This document shows positions 51,258 to 62,299 of a DNA stretch of 64,000 bases, piece by piece. The stretch comes from Candidatus Latescibacterota bacterium (GTDB taxonomy: Bacteria > Latescibacterota > UBA2968), in the NCBI GenBank assembly GCA_965198115.1, contig OZ240241.1:32001-96000 (forward strand). Reading direction: 5' to 3'. Positions within the stretch are counted from its first letter, which is position 1. Each line of letters starts with the position of its first letter. Under the pieces are notes generated by a model. The model was not told the DNA's origin. It saw only the letters and a list, made by a program, of their open reading frames with translations, and ran no database searches. Both the position numbers and the translations under genes were made by a program.

Positions 51258-52684
51258 GGCTATATCCGGATCTCTCAACGAGATGAAGTGGGTGAAGGTG
51301 CCGTGGTTCCTGGCATGGGGGCGCGGTTAGAGTGTGCGGAACCTCTTCGGAATCTGCTCAGGGATGTTTATGTCTCCGACGGTAAGGAAGATCATATCGT
51401 TGAATGCGTCGAGTGTGCGGAATCCGCTGGCTCGGTTCTTGACGATTTGGACGATTCGGTTGAGGCCTTCGGCGATGGCGTTGGTAAGACGCGTGTTCAC
51501 GAATGCGAGGACGCCGAAGAAGTGCTGTCGCAGGGTCCTGACGAACTTTCGCAGGGGTTCAAGTCGACTTCTGAGTGCGGACGTCGTCCAGCATTTCAGG
51601 AAGCGTTCGGCAGCCCAGGGCGCTTTGTATTCCCAGAACTGCTCGAACTCGTCCTTGAGTCTCCAGGCTCTATAGATTCGGTAGTTCGCCTTCTCCAGTG
51701 CTTCGAGTGTCCGAGTATCCCCTCTGGAGCGTGTCGCTGAGTGCCGGTAGAGGAGCCATCGGAGGCCCTTCATGGCTTTGCGCTCATCCGGGGCAGCTTT
51801 ACGCCACTGGTCCTTACGGACCTCGTCAACGGCGGCATTGAGAGCCTTGACGATGTGAAAGCGATCGAGGACCAGCTTGGCATTCGGACAGTGTTCCTGG
51901 ATGGCTCCGATGTAAGCTTCAAGCTTCGCTCATGTCGCAGCAGGCCCACCCGATCTTGGATCTCCGGTAGGGACTGAGAGCCTCTGTGAAGAACCGATCG
52001 ATCGTTTTACGCGCCCTGCCGCGGCCAACCCACACCACGCAGGAGCGGTCCAGATCGTAAACGAGCGTGGCGTACCTGTGACGCTTGGCGTAGGAGATCT
52101 CGTCGATCCCGATGGTTTTGAGCCCTCGGATACGATGACCTTCACGAAGCCGCGTGATGGATCGGTGAAGGAGATCCGACAGCGTCGAGGCAGAGATGCG
52201 CAGTAACTCGGACGCCGCCTTCTGCGTCATGGTCTGGCAGTAGCGCAGCATGGCATACTCGAAGCGATACGTCACCCGAGAGAACCGCTCCGCCCACGGA
52301 ATCTCCTCGACCACACGACCGTGGGTAGGACACCGAATCTCCCGAGGATGGTAGAGAAGCCAGACCCTCCACCCGCACACCGGAATGTCACGCCACCGAC
52401 GCGGATGGGGCATTGTGCGGACGATTTTACCTCGACGGCCGCACTCCGGACAACAACAACCATTCTTATGTGGCTTTACGGCGATGACGAAGCAGCTTCT
52501 CCCCTCAAACCACCAGCTGACAACACGGAACCCCTTGAATCTCAGCAGTTTCGATAGTAATCTGCTCCCGGTCATAGGTCGCACCCCCTTCGCTTTGATT
52601 GTCCTACACACACAACCAAGCGTAGGGAACGATCTATGACCTTGTCATTCTATAGTTTCACCGTTGAGAAACCCGGATAGAGCC
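51258..52684 (-). mobile_element. ISL3-family element, copy 5 (frameshifted by a 7-bp duplication AAGCTTC at 51914-51927)
   Basis: 8-bp target duplication TTAAATAT (51250-51257 / 52685-52692). Confidence 0.96.
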
Positions 52685-52712
52685 TTAAATATCTGTTTCT
52701 GAGTGAGTTAAG

Positions 52713-52789
52713 TGGTGGGCGATACTGGACTTGAACCAGTGACCTCCTGCATGTCAAGCAGGCACTCTAACCACCTGAGCTAATCGCCC
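52713..52789 (-). tRNA. tRNA-Val (GAC)
   Basis: Reverse complement GGGCGATTAGCTCAGGTGGTTAGAGTGCCTGCTTGACATGCAGGAGGTCACTGGTTCAAGTCCAGTATCGCCCACCA folds as a cloverleaf with anticodon GAC and an encoded CCA. Confidence 0.98.
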
Positions 52790-52808
52790 ACTTCACTCAA
52801 TTCGGCGA

Positions 52809-52837
52809 AATATACCAAGAAGAATCAGGTGGTGCAA
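52809..52837 (-). promoter_or_regulatory. Sigma70-type promoter for tRNA-Val
   Basis: Minus strand TTGCAC-N17-TATATT. Confidence 0.65.
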
Positions 52838-52980
52838 GGACAATCCTGATCAGAAACCTTTGTAAAACCGATTGTTACGTCAGTTGTGTTCCAGATCACG
52901 CTCTTGGTGTGATCGCGCTTACGGCGGGGCTACCGGCTTGAGTCGATACTTGAATCATAGCGAAATCCCTTGGGAGGTAT

Positions 52981-53097
52981 GGGGAGACGGCTTGACGTCC
53001 GGACGACAGTGTAACCAAGCCCTGCACGACCCGATTCTACGAAGGCCCATTGGCCACGTCGGGTGTCGTTCGAATGACGAGGGTCGTCTCCCCTTTT
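52981..53097 (+). ncRNA. Candidate structured RNA of unknown family (~115 nt)
   Basis: Nested stems GGGGAGACGGC/GTCGTCTCCCC, CGGACGACA/TGTCGTTCG, inner hairpins GTGTA/TGCAC and GGCC/GGCC, followed by TTTT. Confidence 0.45.
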
Positions 53098-53195
53098 ATA
53101 TTCGAAGCGGTCAACGCAGAGAGCGCGAGAGACGCAGGGGAAGACTGGAACGGGGAGCGTGAAACAACACACAGGGGGCGATGGAAGGTCGGGGC

Positions 53196-53669
53196 ATGAA
53201 AACGTCGGATATGCATACGCTGGTTCGGAAGATTCCGCTGTTCCACGGCGTGGAGCCCGGATACATACGGGAACTGCTCGCCGATGTGGAGATCCAAAAC
53301 TTCAAAACCGGCGAGACACTGTGCGAGGAGGGTAACGACAGCCGGTTTCTATTCGTCGTACTGAGGGGAAAGCTGACAATCAAACGACAGGGGGTCGACC
53401 TGGCTCACGTGTCGGCCGTTGACATCGTTGGCGAGATGGGTGTGATCACGGATTCACCGCGGTGCGCAACGGTGACGGCTGAGGAGGAGGCGACCGTCGT
53501 CGTCATTCCGAAAAGTCGGTTCAGCTACGTGATCGGGCTCGATCACGAACTGGCGGCGACCGTTTACCGAAACGTCCTGACCGCCACCTTCGCGAAACTC
53601 CAATCGATGAATGATCACATGCACGACCATCTGTCGGGCGACGGGTTTGGTCTCGCGACATCGGTCTGA
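53196..53669 (+). CDS. Cyclic nucleotide-binding domain protein
   Basis: IPLF, GETLCEEG, LFVVLRGKL, VGEMGVI...PRCATVTA. No HTH. Start 53181 or 53196. Confidence 0.88.
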   Translation: MKTSDMHTLVRKIPLFHGVEPGYIRELLADVEIQNFKTGETLCEEGNDSRFLFVVLRGKLTIKRQGVDLAHVSAVDIVGEMGVITDSPRCATVTAEEEATVVVIPKSRFSYVIGLDHELAATVYRNVLTATFAKLQSMNDHMHDHLSGDGFGLATSV

Positions 53670-53910
53670 GAACAAGACTGCCTACCACGAAAAACACGAA
53701 ATAACGAACGGGGAGATTGGGCTACCACGGAGGCTCTATCGGGGGTCAGATCGAGGATGCCCGGAAAACCGAAGCTTGACATCGGCCGGATCAATCCGGC
53801 TATGCAGATATAGCTTGCGGCCCCAGCCCTACGTGAAGGTTGGGCTTGAGTTCGCGCGTGCGATGCCACATCTTGGTGTGTCCTTTCAACGAACAATGAG
53901 GAGACACGAG

Positions 53911-54591
53911 ATGGCAAGGTACACGGCATCCGTCGATAAACGATTCAAGAGTCCGGGCCCTCAGCCGAATGGCATTCAGGCCGCCGAAGACGCGCTCTGG
54001 ATCATCGATCAGGTCAATCTGAAGGTACACAAGGTGGATTGGGACAGCGGTGAGGTCCTGCACGAGTTCGATACGGAAACCGAACACTCGAGTGGCATTA
54101 CGCTCGGCGACGATGCCGTCTGGATTGCCTCGACTTACCAGCTCGAGATTGTCAAGATCGACCCGTCCGACGGAACGACCCTCGAGCGCTACCCGGACCC
54201 AGGGAGAGGGATCACTGCAGGTCGAGAGCTGATCGGCGATACGAAGGAGTCGGGCGCACACGGTCTCGAATTCCGAGACGGGAAAGTTTACGTCGCTTCG
54301 CCCCCCACCCAGGCGGTTCACGTGATGGATGTCAAGACTTGGGAGGAGGTTGCGACGTTTCCTTCAGGTGGCCTGCGGGCTCACGGAATAGGATGGAGTG
54401 ATTGTGGTCGACTGTGGGTGTCGGATACGTCGGCCGGAACAGTGATGCTGATGGATGCCGAGAACGGACGGGTCTACGACGTGTTCCGAGTCAACGAGCC
54501 GGAGGAGGTACACGGAATGACGGTTCGGGACAACGGTGAGATCTGGTATTGCGATGCGGGGCCAGGGGATATCGGGGTGCTCGTTCGGTAG
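53911..54591 (+). CDS. Beta-propeller protein (glutaminyl cyclase/Vgb/NHL-like repeats)
   Basis: Repeated blades PNGI, SSGI, AHGL, AHGI, VHGM. ATG 53911 follows GAGGAG. Confidence 0.75.
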   Translation: MARYTASVDKRFKSPGPQPNGIQAAEDALWIIDQVNLKVHKVDWDSGEVLHEFDTETEHSSGITLGDDAVWIASTYQLEIVKIDPSDGTTLERYPDPGRGITAGRELIGDTKESGAHGLEFRDGKVYVASPPTQAVHVMDVKTWEEVATFPSGGLRAHGIGWSDCGRLWVSDTSAGTVMLMDAENGRVYDVFRVNEPEEVHGMTVRDNGEIWYCDAGPGDIGVLVR

Positions 54592-54880
54592 GGTGGAGCC
54601 AGGAAGAAGGTCACGGCAGCGTCGGGGTGCGGAGGTTGAGGTAGGGTTGTGACGTGAACCGTTGTCCGTAATCTGTTGGCCGGGAAAACTCCCTCGGAGA
54701 GGTCTGGGAGTAGGACCTAGGACTGACATAGACCGGAATAGCTTGGGAACGAGAACGGCTCGAGTACCTCATGGTACTCAAGCCGTTTTGCATTTTGTCC
54801 ATACGTCGTAGGGACGGTTCGCGAACCGTATTTACCAGCGATTCGTGTTACGTCTTCTTGACCGTGCCGCCACGGACGTC

Positions 54881-55771
54881 CTAGCCGATGCGTTCGCCGG
54901 AGATCCAGGTTTTTACCCCGTTCGAGGCGAGATAGGGGAGCGGCTTGCCGGCGGTGTGGGTGCCTGGACCGTAGAGAACGGCTTGTTGTTCCGGGGTGAG
55001 CTCGTTGACCCAGTCGCCGTGACGTTCTTGAGGCGTGAAATAGCGGCCCACGTCCCTGCAGGCGGCTCTTTCGGTGTACTTGTAGAGGACGGATCGCCGG
55101 TCGTGATCGGCGATCCATTGCCAAGGTGCCGTGTGTGGCGTTCTCGGTAAAGAAGACGACGTCTCCGGCTTTCATTTCGGGCTGAACGACGAGGCCCATG
55201 TCGTCTTCCACCGTGTCGAGTCCGTCGGGTTTGGGTTCGTTGGACTTGTGGCTGCCAGGTACGATGCAGAAGCCGCAGCTCCCGCCGGCGCATCTGTGAA
55301 CTGCCAGGTCACAGTCACTGCGCGGGCGAAAATCTGTCCATTCTGGTGGTGATACCAGTCCCTTGGACTGAAGGGCTCGCCCGCACAGTGCAGCGTGCCC
55401 CCGTCGGTCCCTTTCTGTCCACTGATGAGCCAGGGACCGTGGTCGAGGCGGAAGCCCTTGCCACAGAATGCGGTCAGTCGGGCGACGACGACGGGATGGA
55501 CGAGTAGCTTCCGGAACGGTTTACGATACTCGTCGGGCCACTCGAGGATGCCCCACAGTTCGCTGCGTCCAGCCTTCCCGACGGTCAGCGCTTTCGACCC
55601 CCTGGTCTGGGATCCCTGTGGACGTACGGCGAGTTGGTTCGCGTGGTGGTCAATGGCGTCGTTGCATGCCTTGATTTTCTCGTCGGTCAGGACGTTGTGG
55701 ACGACGAGGTAGCCGCGAAGGTCGAAGTAATAGAGCTCTTCATCGGTGACGACATGTTTTGGCGTTGCCAC
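54881..55771 (-). pseudogene. PhyH-family dioxygenase paralog 6 (frameshifts near 55265 and 55120)
   Basis: FDLRGYLVV, FRLDHGP, then PGSHKSN and AGDVVFF..THGTL in shifted frames. Stop at 54881. Confidence 0.85.
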
Positions 55772-55774
55772 GGT

Positions 55775-56635
55775 TCAGTCCTCGATCTTGACGACACCGT
55801 CGTCGTCGATGGTGAGGATGGGAAGCTCGTCGCTGTAATTGGAATACGAACCCCACATGACGGCTTTTTCTTCGGGCGTCATCGTGCCGACGATGTGCTC
55901 ACCCCAGTAGGTTTCGGGCGGCGCAAACTCGAAGGCAGGACCTGTGCGCGATGAGTAGCGTCCGGCGAACTTGAACAGGATCGTGCGGCGGGGGTGGTCG
56001 GCGTGCCAGGGAAGCGTGCCGTGCGTCTGAGCGCCGTCCATGAAGAAGAGGACGTCGCCGGCCTTCATCGGAACCTGGGCGACGGCGCCCACGTGATCTT
56101 CGAGATCACGAACGCCTTGCGGCATGCGAAACTTGGATTTGTGGCTGCCGCGAACACAGCCGAATCCACCTTTGCCGGGATCCGCGTCAGTCAAGTTCCA
56201 GGTGACCGTCACGCCTCCCGTGTGAAAACTTCCGTTCTGGTGCTTGTATCCGACGCCGGGCTTGTGCGGGTCACCCGATCCGTGTTGGGTTCCACCCTGC
56301 GTGCCCTTGACCGCGCCGATGAACTGGGGGCCATGGTCGAGCCGGAACCCCTCCCCGCACATCACGTTGAGACGCGGCACAACCTGGGGGTGAGCCAGCA
56401 TGTTACGGAAGGGATCGCAGTGGGGCTTTTCGAACTGAAGGACGTTGATGCCTCTCAGGCCGAGCCTTCCCGTGCCTATGAGGGCGGGGTTGTTGTGCCG
56501 TCGTTTGCCGGCCACGATGTGGTCTTGGTAACGATCTAGTGCGTCGTTGGCTGCCTTCAGTTCCTTCTTGCTGAGCACATTTCGGACAACGAGAAACCCG
56601 GTCAGGTCCCAATAGTAACGTTCTTTCGCATCCAA
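55775..56635 (-). CDS. PhyH-family (phytanoyl-CoA dioxygenase-like) paralog 5
   Basis: WDLTGFLVV, FRLDHGP, GSHKS, KAGDVLFF, HGTLPW, RRTILFK. Confidence 0.92.
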   Translation of the reverse strand: MDAKERYYWDLTGFLVVRNVLSKKELKAANDALDRYQDHIVAGKRRHNNPALIGTGRLGLRGINVLQFEKPHCDPFRNMLAHPQVVPRLNVMCGEGFRLDHGPQFIGAVKGTQGGTQHGSGDPHKPGVGYKHQNGSFHTGGVTVTWNLTDADPGKGGFGCVRGSHKSKFRMPQGVRDLEDHVGAVAQVPMKAGDVLFFMDGAQTHGTLPWHADHPRRTILFKFAGRYSSRTGPAFEFAPPETYWGEHIVGTMTPEEKAVMWGSYSNYSDELPILTIDDDGVVKIED

Positions 56636-56655
56636 ATCGGTGGCCTCCTACGAAC

Positions 56656-57543
56656 TCAGGCTACACGCCTGTTCTGACGTCCGTCCCCGTTCGTGACTTC
56701 GACGCGACCGTCTTCGGTGACTTCAAGCATAGGGAGCTCGCTTCCAAAGTTGGAATAGGGTCCCCACATGACGGCCTTTTGCTCAGGGGACATGTTGTCG
56801 ACCTCGTCGCCCCAGTATGTGTCTGGTGGAGCGACCTGTCTTGCCGCTCCGGTTCTGGAGGAGCAGCGGCCAGCGAATTTGAAGAGGATCGTGCGTCGAG
56901 GATGGTTGGCGTGCCACGGGAGGGTCCCGTGCGTCTGCGCGCCGTCCATGAAAAAGAGCACGTCACCCGCCTTCATGGGGACCTGTGCAACGGCCCCCAG
57001 GTGATCCTCGAGGTTACGTACGCCGCGTGGCATTCGATACTTGGACTTGTGGCTCCCACGTACGCACCCGAAGCCGCCCTTGCCCGGATCGGCATCCGTC
57101 AGATTCCACGTGACGGTCACGCCACCAACGAATGAAGTCCCGCTTACGTGGTGATACCTTACACCGTCCTTGCTAGGCTCGCCCGATCCGTGTTGGTGGC
57201 CGCCCTGGGTACCCTGGACCGCCCCGATGAACTGTGGACCGTGATCGAGCCGAAACCCACGCCCGCACATCACCTTCAGACGGGACACGATCTGGGGGTG
57301 GGCCAGCATGCTTCGGAAAGGATCGCAGTAGGGTTTTTCGAATTGGAGGACGTTGGTGCCGCGTAGACCGAGTCGGCCGGTTCCCTTGAGGGCGGGATTG
57401 TCGGGTCCGGGTCTGCCGGGTTGGATCTGATCTTCGTAGTGATCGAGGGCGTCGTTGGCCGCCTCGAGCTCATCTTTGGTGAGCACGCTGCGGGCAACGA
57501 GAAATCCCGTCAGGTCCCAGAAGTAACGTTCTGTTTGATCCAT
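56656..57543 (-). CDS. PhyH-family paralog 4
   Basis: Same motifs. Very similar to 55775-56635. Confidence 0.92.
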   Translation of the reverse strand: MDQTERYFWDLTGFLVARSVLTKDELEAANDALDHYEDQIQPGRPGPDNPALKGTGRLGLRGTNVLQFEKPYCDPFRSMLAHPQIVSRLKVMCGRGFRLDHGPQFIGAVQGTQGGHQHGSGEPSKDGVRYHHVSGTSFVGGVTVTWNLTDADPGKGGFGCVRGSHKSKYRMPRGVRNLEDHLGAVAQVPMKAGDVLFFMDGAQTHGTLPWHANHPRRTILFKFAGRCSSRTGAARQVAPPDTYWGDEVDNMSPEQKAVMWGPYSNFGSELPMLEVTEDGRVEVTNGDGRQNRRVA

Positions 57544-58474
57544 CGCGTCGTCTCCTTTGGCAAATCGCTACCTTGCTTCGATGGGGCCGCGACCTGTCCC
57601 TGCGGTTTCTGACGGGAGTTCTTCCTTTCGATCCGGACCTCTCCCTGCTCGGTCACATTCAACAGCGGAAGTTCACCGCCGTGGTTCGAGTAGGGGCCCC
57701 ACATGACGGCTCGTTGTTCCTCCGACATCTCTTCAACGAGGTGCTCATCCCAATACGCCTCGGGGACCGCGGCTGCTCTGCCAACGCTGCGAGCACTCGT
57801 GCGTGACGCGTATTTCAAGAGGATGGAACGACGTCCCGAGTCGAGCTTCCACGGCCACGCGCCGTGGGCTGCGCGCTGTCCATGAAGAAGAGGACGTCAC
57901 CGGCTTCGACTGACGGCTGAACTTGGACGCCCATGTCCGCGTCACCCGTGCGAACACCGTTGGGCGTTCGGTAATTCGACTTATGGCTCGCGGGGACACA
58001 CGCGAAGCCGCCCGTCCCCGGTTTGCAGTCTGTGAGCTGCCAGGCGACGGTAACGCCGCCGACGTAGGGCGACCCGTTTTGATGATTGTATGCGACGTGT
58101 GGACGATGGGGTTCCCCATTCCCGTGGCATTGTGTGGCCGGCCGTGCCCTTGACGCTGACGATGAACATGGGGCCGTGGTCGAGTCGGAATCCCGGACCG
58201 CACATGACACGTAAGCGGGAGACCACGGCGGGGTGGGCGAGGAGTCTGCGGAAGGGATCGGAGTCAGGCTTGGGGAATTCGAGAATCCCGGGGAGTTCGG
58301 GCGCCCGGTGCCCGCAAAGGCTTGCGAGTTGCCGCCCGTATTGCTGCCGACCCGAATCCGGCTACTGTAGCGTTCGACGACGTCGTTCGCCCCGTCGATC
58401 TCTCGCTGGCTGAGAGCACCCTTGACGACGAGGTACCCATTCAGATCCCAGAAATATCGTTCTCGTGCATCCAT
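57510..58474 (-). pseudogene. PhyH-family paralog 3 (several frameshifts)
   Basis: MDARERYFWDLNGY start. Motifs are spread over ORFs 57815-58474, 57981-58226 and 57510-57818. Confidence 0.85.
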
Positions 58475-58501
58475 CGATGAGGTTTCCTTCGCTTAGGAGG
58501 A

Positions 58502-59401
58502 TCAGGCGACGCGTCTCTTTTCCCGTCTCCCGTTCACGTAGTCCTTGTTTGTGACTTCGACATCGCCATCGTCGGTGACGTCAAGCATGGGGACTTCGCC
58601 CCGGTGATTCGAATAGGGCCCATACATCACGGCAAGCTGCTCTTCGGTCATCTCATCGACGATGTTTTCGTCCCAGTATGTCTGTGGCTGTGCGAGGGCG
58701 TGCGAAGAACGTACGGAAGTACGAGAGGCGTATTTGAAAAGGATGGATCGGCGTCCAGTGTCCAGTTTCCACGGCCATGCGCCGTGTGATTGTGCACTGT
58801 CCATGAAGAAGACGATGTCCCCGGCTTCGACGACGGGCTGGGTGGTGACGTCCATGTCATTGTCGCCGGTTCGGACGCCGTCGGGCATTCGATAGTTCGC
58901 CTTGTGGCTGGCAGAGACACAGGCGAACCCACCCATGTTGGGTTTACAATCGTGTAGCTGCCAGGCCACGGTGACGCCGCCTGTGTAGGTGACCCCGTTC
59001 TGATGGGTGTATGCGACGTGTGGTCTGTGTGGCTCGCCGTTCCCGTGCATGGTGTGCCCGGCCGTTCCTTTAACGCTGACGATAAACATTGGGCCGTGGT
59101 CGAGCCGGAAGCCAGGCCCGCACATGACCCTGAGTCTCGATACAACGGCGGCGTGGGCGAGCATGTTTCGGAAGGGGAGGCAGTCGGGTTGAGGATATTC
59201 CAGGACACCGGGCAGCATGGGACGTCCCGTGCCGGCGAATGTTTTTGAGTCTCTGGCGGTGGAACCGCCAACCCGGATGGTGTGACTGTATTTTTCGACA
59301 ATTTCGTTGGCTTCGGCGATTTCGTCTGCCGACATCACGCCCTTGGCGACGACGTAGCCGTTTAGGTCCCAGAAATAGCGTTCGCGCGCATCCATGGCCA
59401 T
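58502..59401 (-). CDS. PhyH-family paralog 2
   Basis: Intact 299 aa with FRLDHGP, ASHKAN, AGDIVFF, HGAWPW, RRSILFKY. Confidence 0.92.
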   Translation of the reverse strand: MAMDARERYFWDLNGYVVAKGVMSADEIAEANEIVEKYSHTIRVGGSTARDSKTFAGTGRPMLPGVLEYPQPDCLPFRNMLAHAAVVSRLRVMCGPGFRLDHGPMFIVSVKGTAGHTMHGNGEPHRPHVAYTHQNGVTYTGGVTVAWQLHDCKPNMGGFACVSASHKANYRMPDGVRTGDNDMDVTTQPVVEAGDIVFFMDSAQSHGAWPWKLDTGRRSILFKYASRTSVRSSHALAQPQTYWDENIVDEMTEEQLAVMYGPYSNHRGEVPMLDVTDDGDVEVTNKDYVNGRREKRRVA

Positions 59402-59426
59402 CCTCCGGAAGTGGCGTGCAAAGCAG

Positions 59427-60292
59427 CTATTCGATGCCTACGATGCTGACATTGCCTGACTCGTCCACATCGAGGTAGGGCACTGTGCCCCCTGTGCCCG
59501 CTGTAAGGACCCCACATGACCGCGAGCTGTTCGTCGCTCATGTCGTCGACGGTTTCGGTATCCCAGAAAACATTCGGCGGAGAGACGATATTGCCAGATC
59601 TGACTGACCTTCGGTTGGCGAACTTGTAGAGGATCGAGCGGCGCTCGTGGTCGTTTCGCCACGGGAAGGTACCGTGCGTCTGGGCACCATCCATGAAAAA
59701 TAAAACATCGCCCGGCATGGCAGCGGGCTGGATCACCGTGCCCATGTGATCGTCGCAACTCGTGACCCCGTCGGGCGGATCGAAGTCCGACTTGGCTACC
59801 TGGCACGCACGCGAAACCGCCCTGACCTTCGATCACCTCAGCAAGCTGCCAGGAGACCGTCACGCCTCCAACGTAAGGTTCGCCCTGATGATGGTAACCG
59901 ACGTAGGGCTTGTGAGGTGCGCCAGAGCCGTGCAGCCGATGTCCCGATGTGCCTTTGACGCCGCCGATAAACTGAGGCCCGTGGTCAAGACGGAAACCGG
60001 GTCCACACATCACGCGAAGCCGGTCTACGACAGCGGGGTGAACAAGCATCCTCCTAAAGATGTCGCAGTGCGGCTTATCGAGGTTGAGCAGTTGCGTACC
60101 ACCCATGCTTGGGCGTCCTATGCCTTGCAAACTCTGAGAACCGCGTGAGAGCCGGTTGGGTTCACCGGGGTTGATACGGTCCGAATAGGCATCGATGGCG
60201 GTGTTGGCCGCGTCCAATTCGTCTTTCGTGAGAACGCCTCGCAGGATGAGATGCCCGCTCAGGTCCCAGAAGTAGCGTTCTTTCGATGTCAT
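59427..60292 (-). pseudogene. PhyH-family paralog 1 (frameshifts near 59800 and 59490)
   Basis: MTSKERYFWDLSG start at 60292. C-terminal half lies in ORF 59362-59745, with the stop at 59427 in a third frame. Confidence 0.85.
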
Positions 60293-60380
60293 GCCGTCGG
60301 TCCTATCCGGCTTTCGTTCTGTTGGCGTGAGTCGTCTGGTACCAAGCCAAAATGTAGGCCAGATCGGTCCCGTCTGGGTG

Positions 60381-61205
60381 TCAGTTTCCGAGTCCCTCGA
60401 TGATGCCCCTGAGGTAGCCAATGCTTCGAGCCGCGATGGTCTGGGGATCGGGTTTGAAGTCGAATACTTCGACCGACACGTAACCATCGTAATGGCGATC
60501 CTTCAGTGCACGTAGAATCGAGCCGAACTGCAGATCCCCGAAACCGGGTCCCTTCAAGTTGGGGTCGTTGACGTGAACGTGACGCATCGCTTTTCCGGCC
60601 TGGGCAATGACGTCGACGTGGGGTCTGTTCTCTGCTGTCGCGGCCTTGGTGTCGACCATCGTTTGAAAATTCGGATGGCCGACGGCGTCAACGAACTGAA
60701 GGGCCTCGCCGATTGAATTGAGGATGTTGGTCTCTTTCGTGGTCAAGGCTTCAATGCAGTAGGTGACATCATTCCTTTCGAGCTCTCTCGTCACGCCGGA
60801 AAACACGTCGACCGCATGGTTCCAGCAGGATTCTCGATCCCAGCCCTTTTGGATGTTTCGTTGAGCAGGTGACCCGTGGATCATCACTTTTCCGCCGAGG
60901 TCGCCGCAGAAGTTGATCAGGGCTTTGATATAATCTCGCGTTTTCTTTCTAATGGCGTTGTCTGGATGCGTCAGGTAAAGACCCTTGGGGCTCGCGAGCA
61001 GCCAGTGTAGTCCGACGATCTCGACGCCTGCCCTTTCAGCAGCACGCCGGATGTTCCGTCGACGGGTGGCGCTGATTCGGGTCACGCTCTGAGCGAGCGT
61101 GAAAGGGGCGATTTCGACCCCTTCGCAACCGATCTCAGCTGCATAGTTGAAGACTTTTTCGATCCGCCAACCCTCGAAGAATTCGTTACAGACAGCCAGT
61201 TTCAT
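60381..61205 (-). CDS. Sugar phosphate isomerase/epimerase (xylose isomerase-like TIM barrel; ketose 3-epimerase-like)
   Basis: GVEIAPF, HGSP, CIEAL, MVDT, HVHVND, VSVEVF. Confidence 0.9.
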   Translation of the reverse strand: MKLAVCNEFFEGWRIEKVFNYAAEIGCEGVEIAPFTLAQSVTRISATRRRNIRRAAERAGVEIVGLHWLLASPKGLYLTHPDNAIRKKTRDYIKALINFCGDLGGKVMIHGSPAQRNIQKGWDRESCWNHAVDVFSGVTRELERNDVTYCIEALTTKETNILNSIGEALQFVDAVGHPNFQTMVDTKAATAENRPHVDVIAQAGKAMRHVHVNDPNLKGPGFGDLQFGSILRALKDRHYDGYVSVEVFDFKPDPQTIAARSIGYLRGIIEGLGN

Positions 61206-61442
61206 CAGAGTGCTTCCTTTCATTGACTCGGGCGTTCTGCCTTGTTCGGGCTCGCCGACCGCATCCTATCCGAGGGTGTTCAGATCTGACTCGCCGGTTT
61301 GGTTACCTCGATCAATACTCTGCCAGAGGGTTGGCCGACGATGAAGGACTTCGTAAGGGTGGGAGTTGGATCTGGGGGGAGCTGATCGTGTTCCCCGAGC
61401 CACACGAGCTCGTGGCTTCGCGCCCTGCGATTTCTAAACCGC

Positions 61443-61471
61443 TTGACAGCTCAATTTCGATTCGATAAGAT
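61443..61471 (+). promoter_or_regulatory. Sigma70-type promoter
   Basis: TTGACA-N17-TAAGAT, 60 bp upstream of the ABC ATPase gene. Confidence 0.7.
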
Positions 61472-61531
61472 AAGTTGCACATTTTGATAGGCTTGGCAAG
61501 TCTTACACGTGGTGCTGAAAGGCTGTAACCC

Positions 61532-62299
61532 ATGGCAGACGAAACACCGACGAGCAGTTCAGACCATATCATCGAGATTCGTGAGGTCTGGAAAACGTAC
61601 CGCATGGGGGATCAGGAGGTCCACGCGCTTCGAGGCGTTACGCTCGATGTGATTCGCGGTGAGTACCTCTCGATTATGGGTCCGTCGGGGAGTGGGAAGA
61701 CCACTCTCTTCAACATGATTGGCGCACTGGACAAGCCGACCAAGGGGCACGTTCTGGTAAACGGCGCAGACATGGGTTCGCTCAGCCAGGAGCAGGTGGC
61801 CTACTTGCGATGTCACAACGTGGGTTACATTTTCCAGTCGTTCAACCTCATCCCGGTCATGACGGCCCTCGAGAACGTGTCCCTCCCGATGGTTTTCTCG
61901 GGAATGGGAAGGAAGGAATACGAGGATAAGGCCGAGTCCAAGCTCGAACTCGTGGGCCTACAAGATCGGCTCAGCCACAAACCGTTCGAACTCTCAGGGG
62001 GTCAGCAACAGCGTGTCGCGATTGCTAGAGCGATGGCCAACGATCCGGGATTGATCCTCGCGGACGAGCCCACCGGTAACCTGGACCTGAAGACCGGTCA
62101 GGATATTATCGAACTGTGTGTTAGGCTTCGTGAAGAATCGGGCGTCACCATCGTGAGCAACACCCACGACCACAAGATGCTGACCGCATCCGATCGAGTG
62201 GTCGACCTGAGAGACGGCCAGGTGGAGAGGATCCGACTTCGCGATGAGATCGAGATCCAAGAAGGGACGATCGAAGGTATCGAGGGCGTGGAAGTGTAG
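61532..62299 (+). CDS. ABC transporter ATP-binding protein (LolD/MacB-type)
   Basis: [40 protein letters not shown]. Confidence 0.95.
   Translation: MADETPTSSSDHIIEIREVWKTYRMGDQEVHALRGVTLDVIRGEYLSIMGPSGSGKTTLFNMIGALDKPTKGHVLVNGADMGSLSQEQVAYLRCHNVGYIFQSFNLIPVMTALENVSLPMVFSGMGRKEYEDKAESKLELVGLQDRLSHKPFELSGGQQQRVAIARAMANDPGLILADEPTGNLDLKTGQDIIELCVRLREESGVTIVSNTHDHKMLTASDRVVDLRDGQVERIRLRDEIEIQEGTIEGIEGVEV

Noticed and set aside
53611-53910. N-terminal 100 aa of the 326-aa ORF
   Set aside because: Overlaps the upstream gene. The propeller repeats and a good RBS start at 53911.
61532-62299. ABC ATPase as the partner of the cluster permease at 14346
   Set aside because: About 45 kb away, outside the island and with its own promoter. 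Nothing in the sequence links them.
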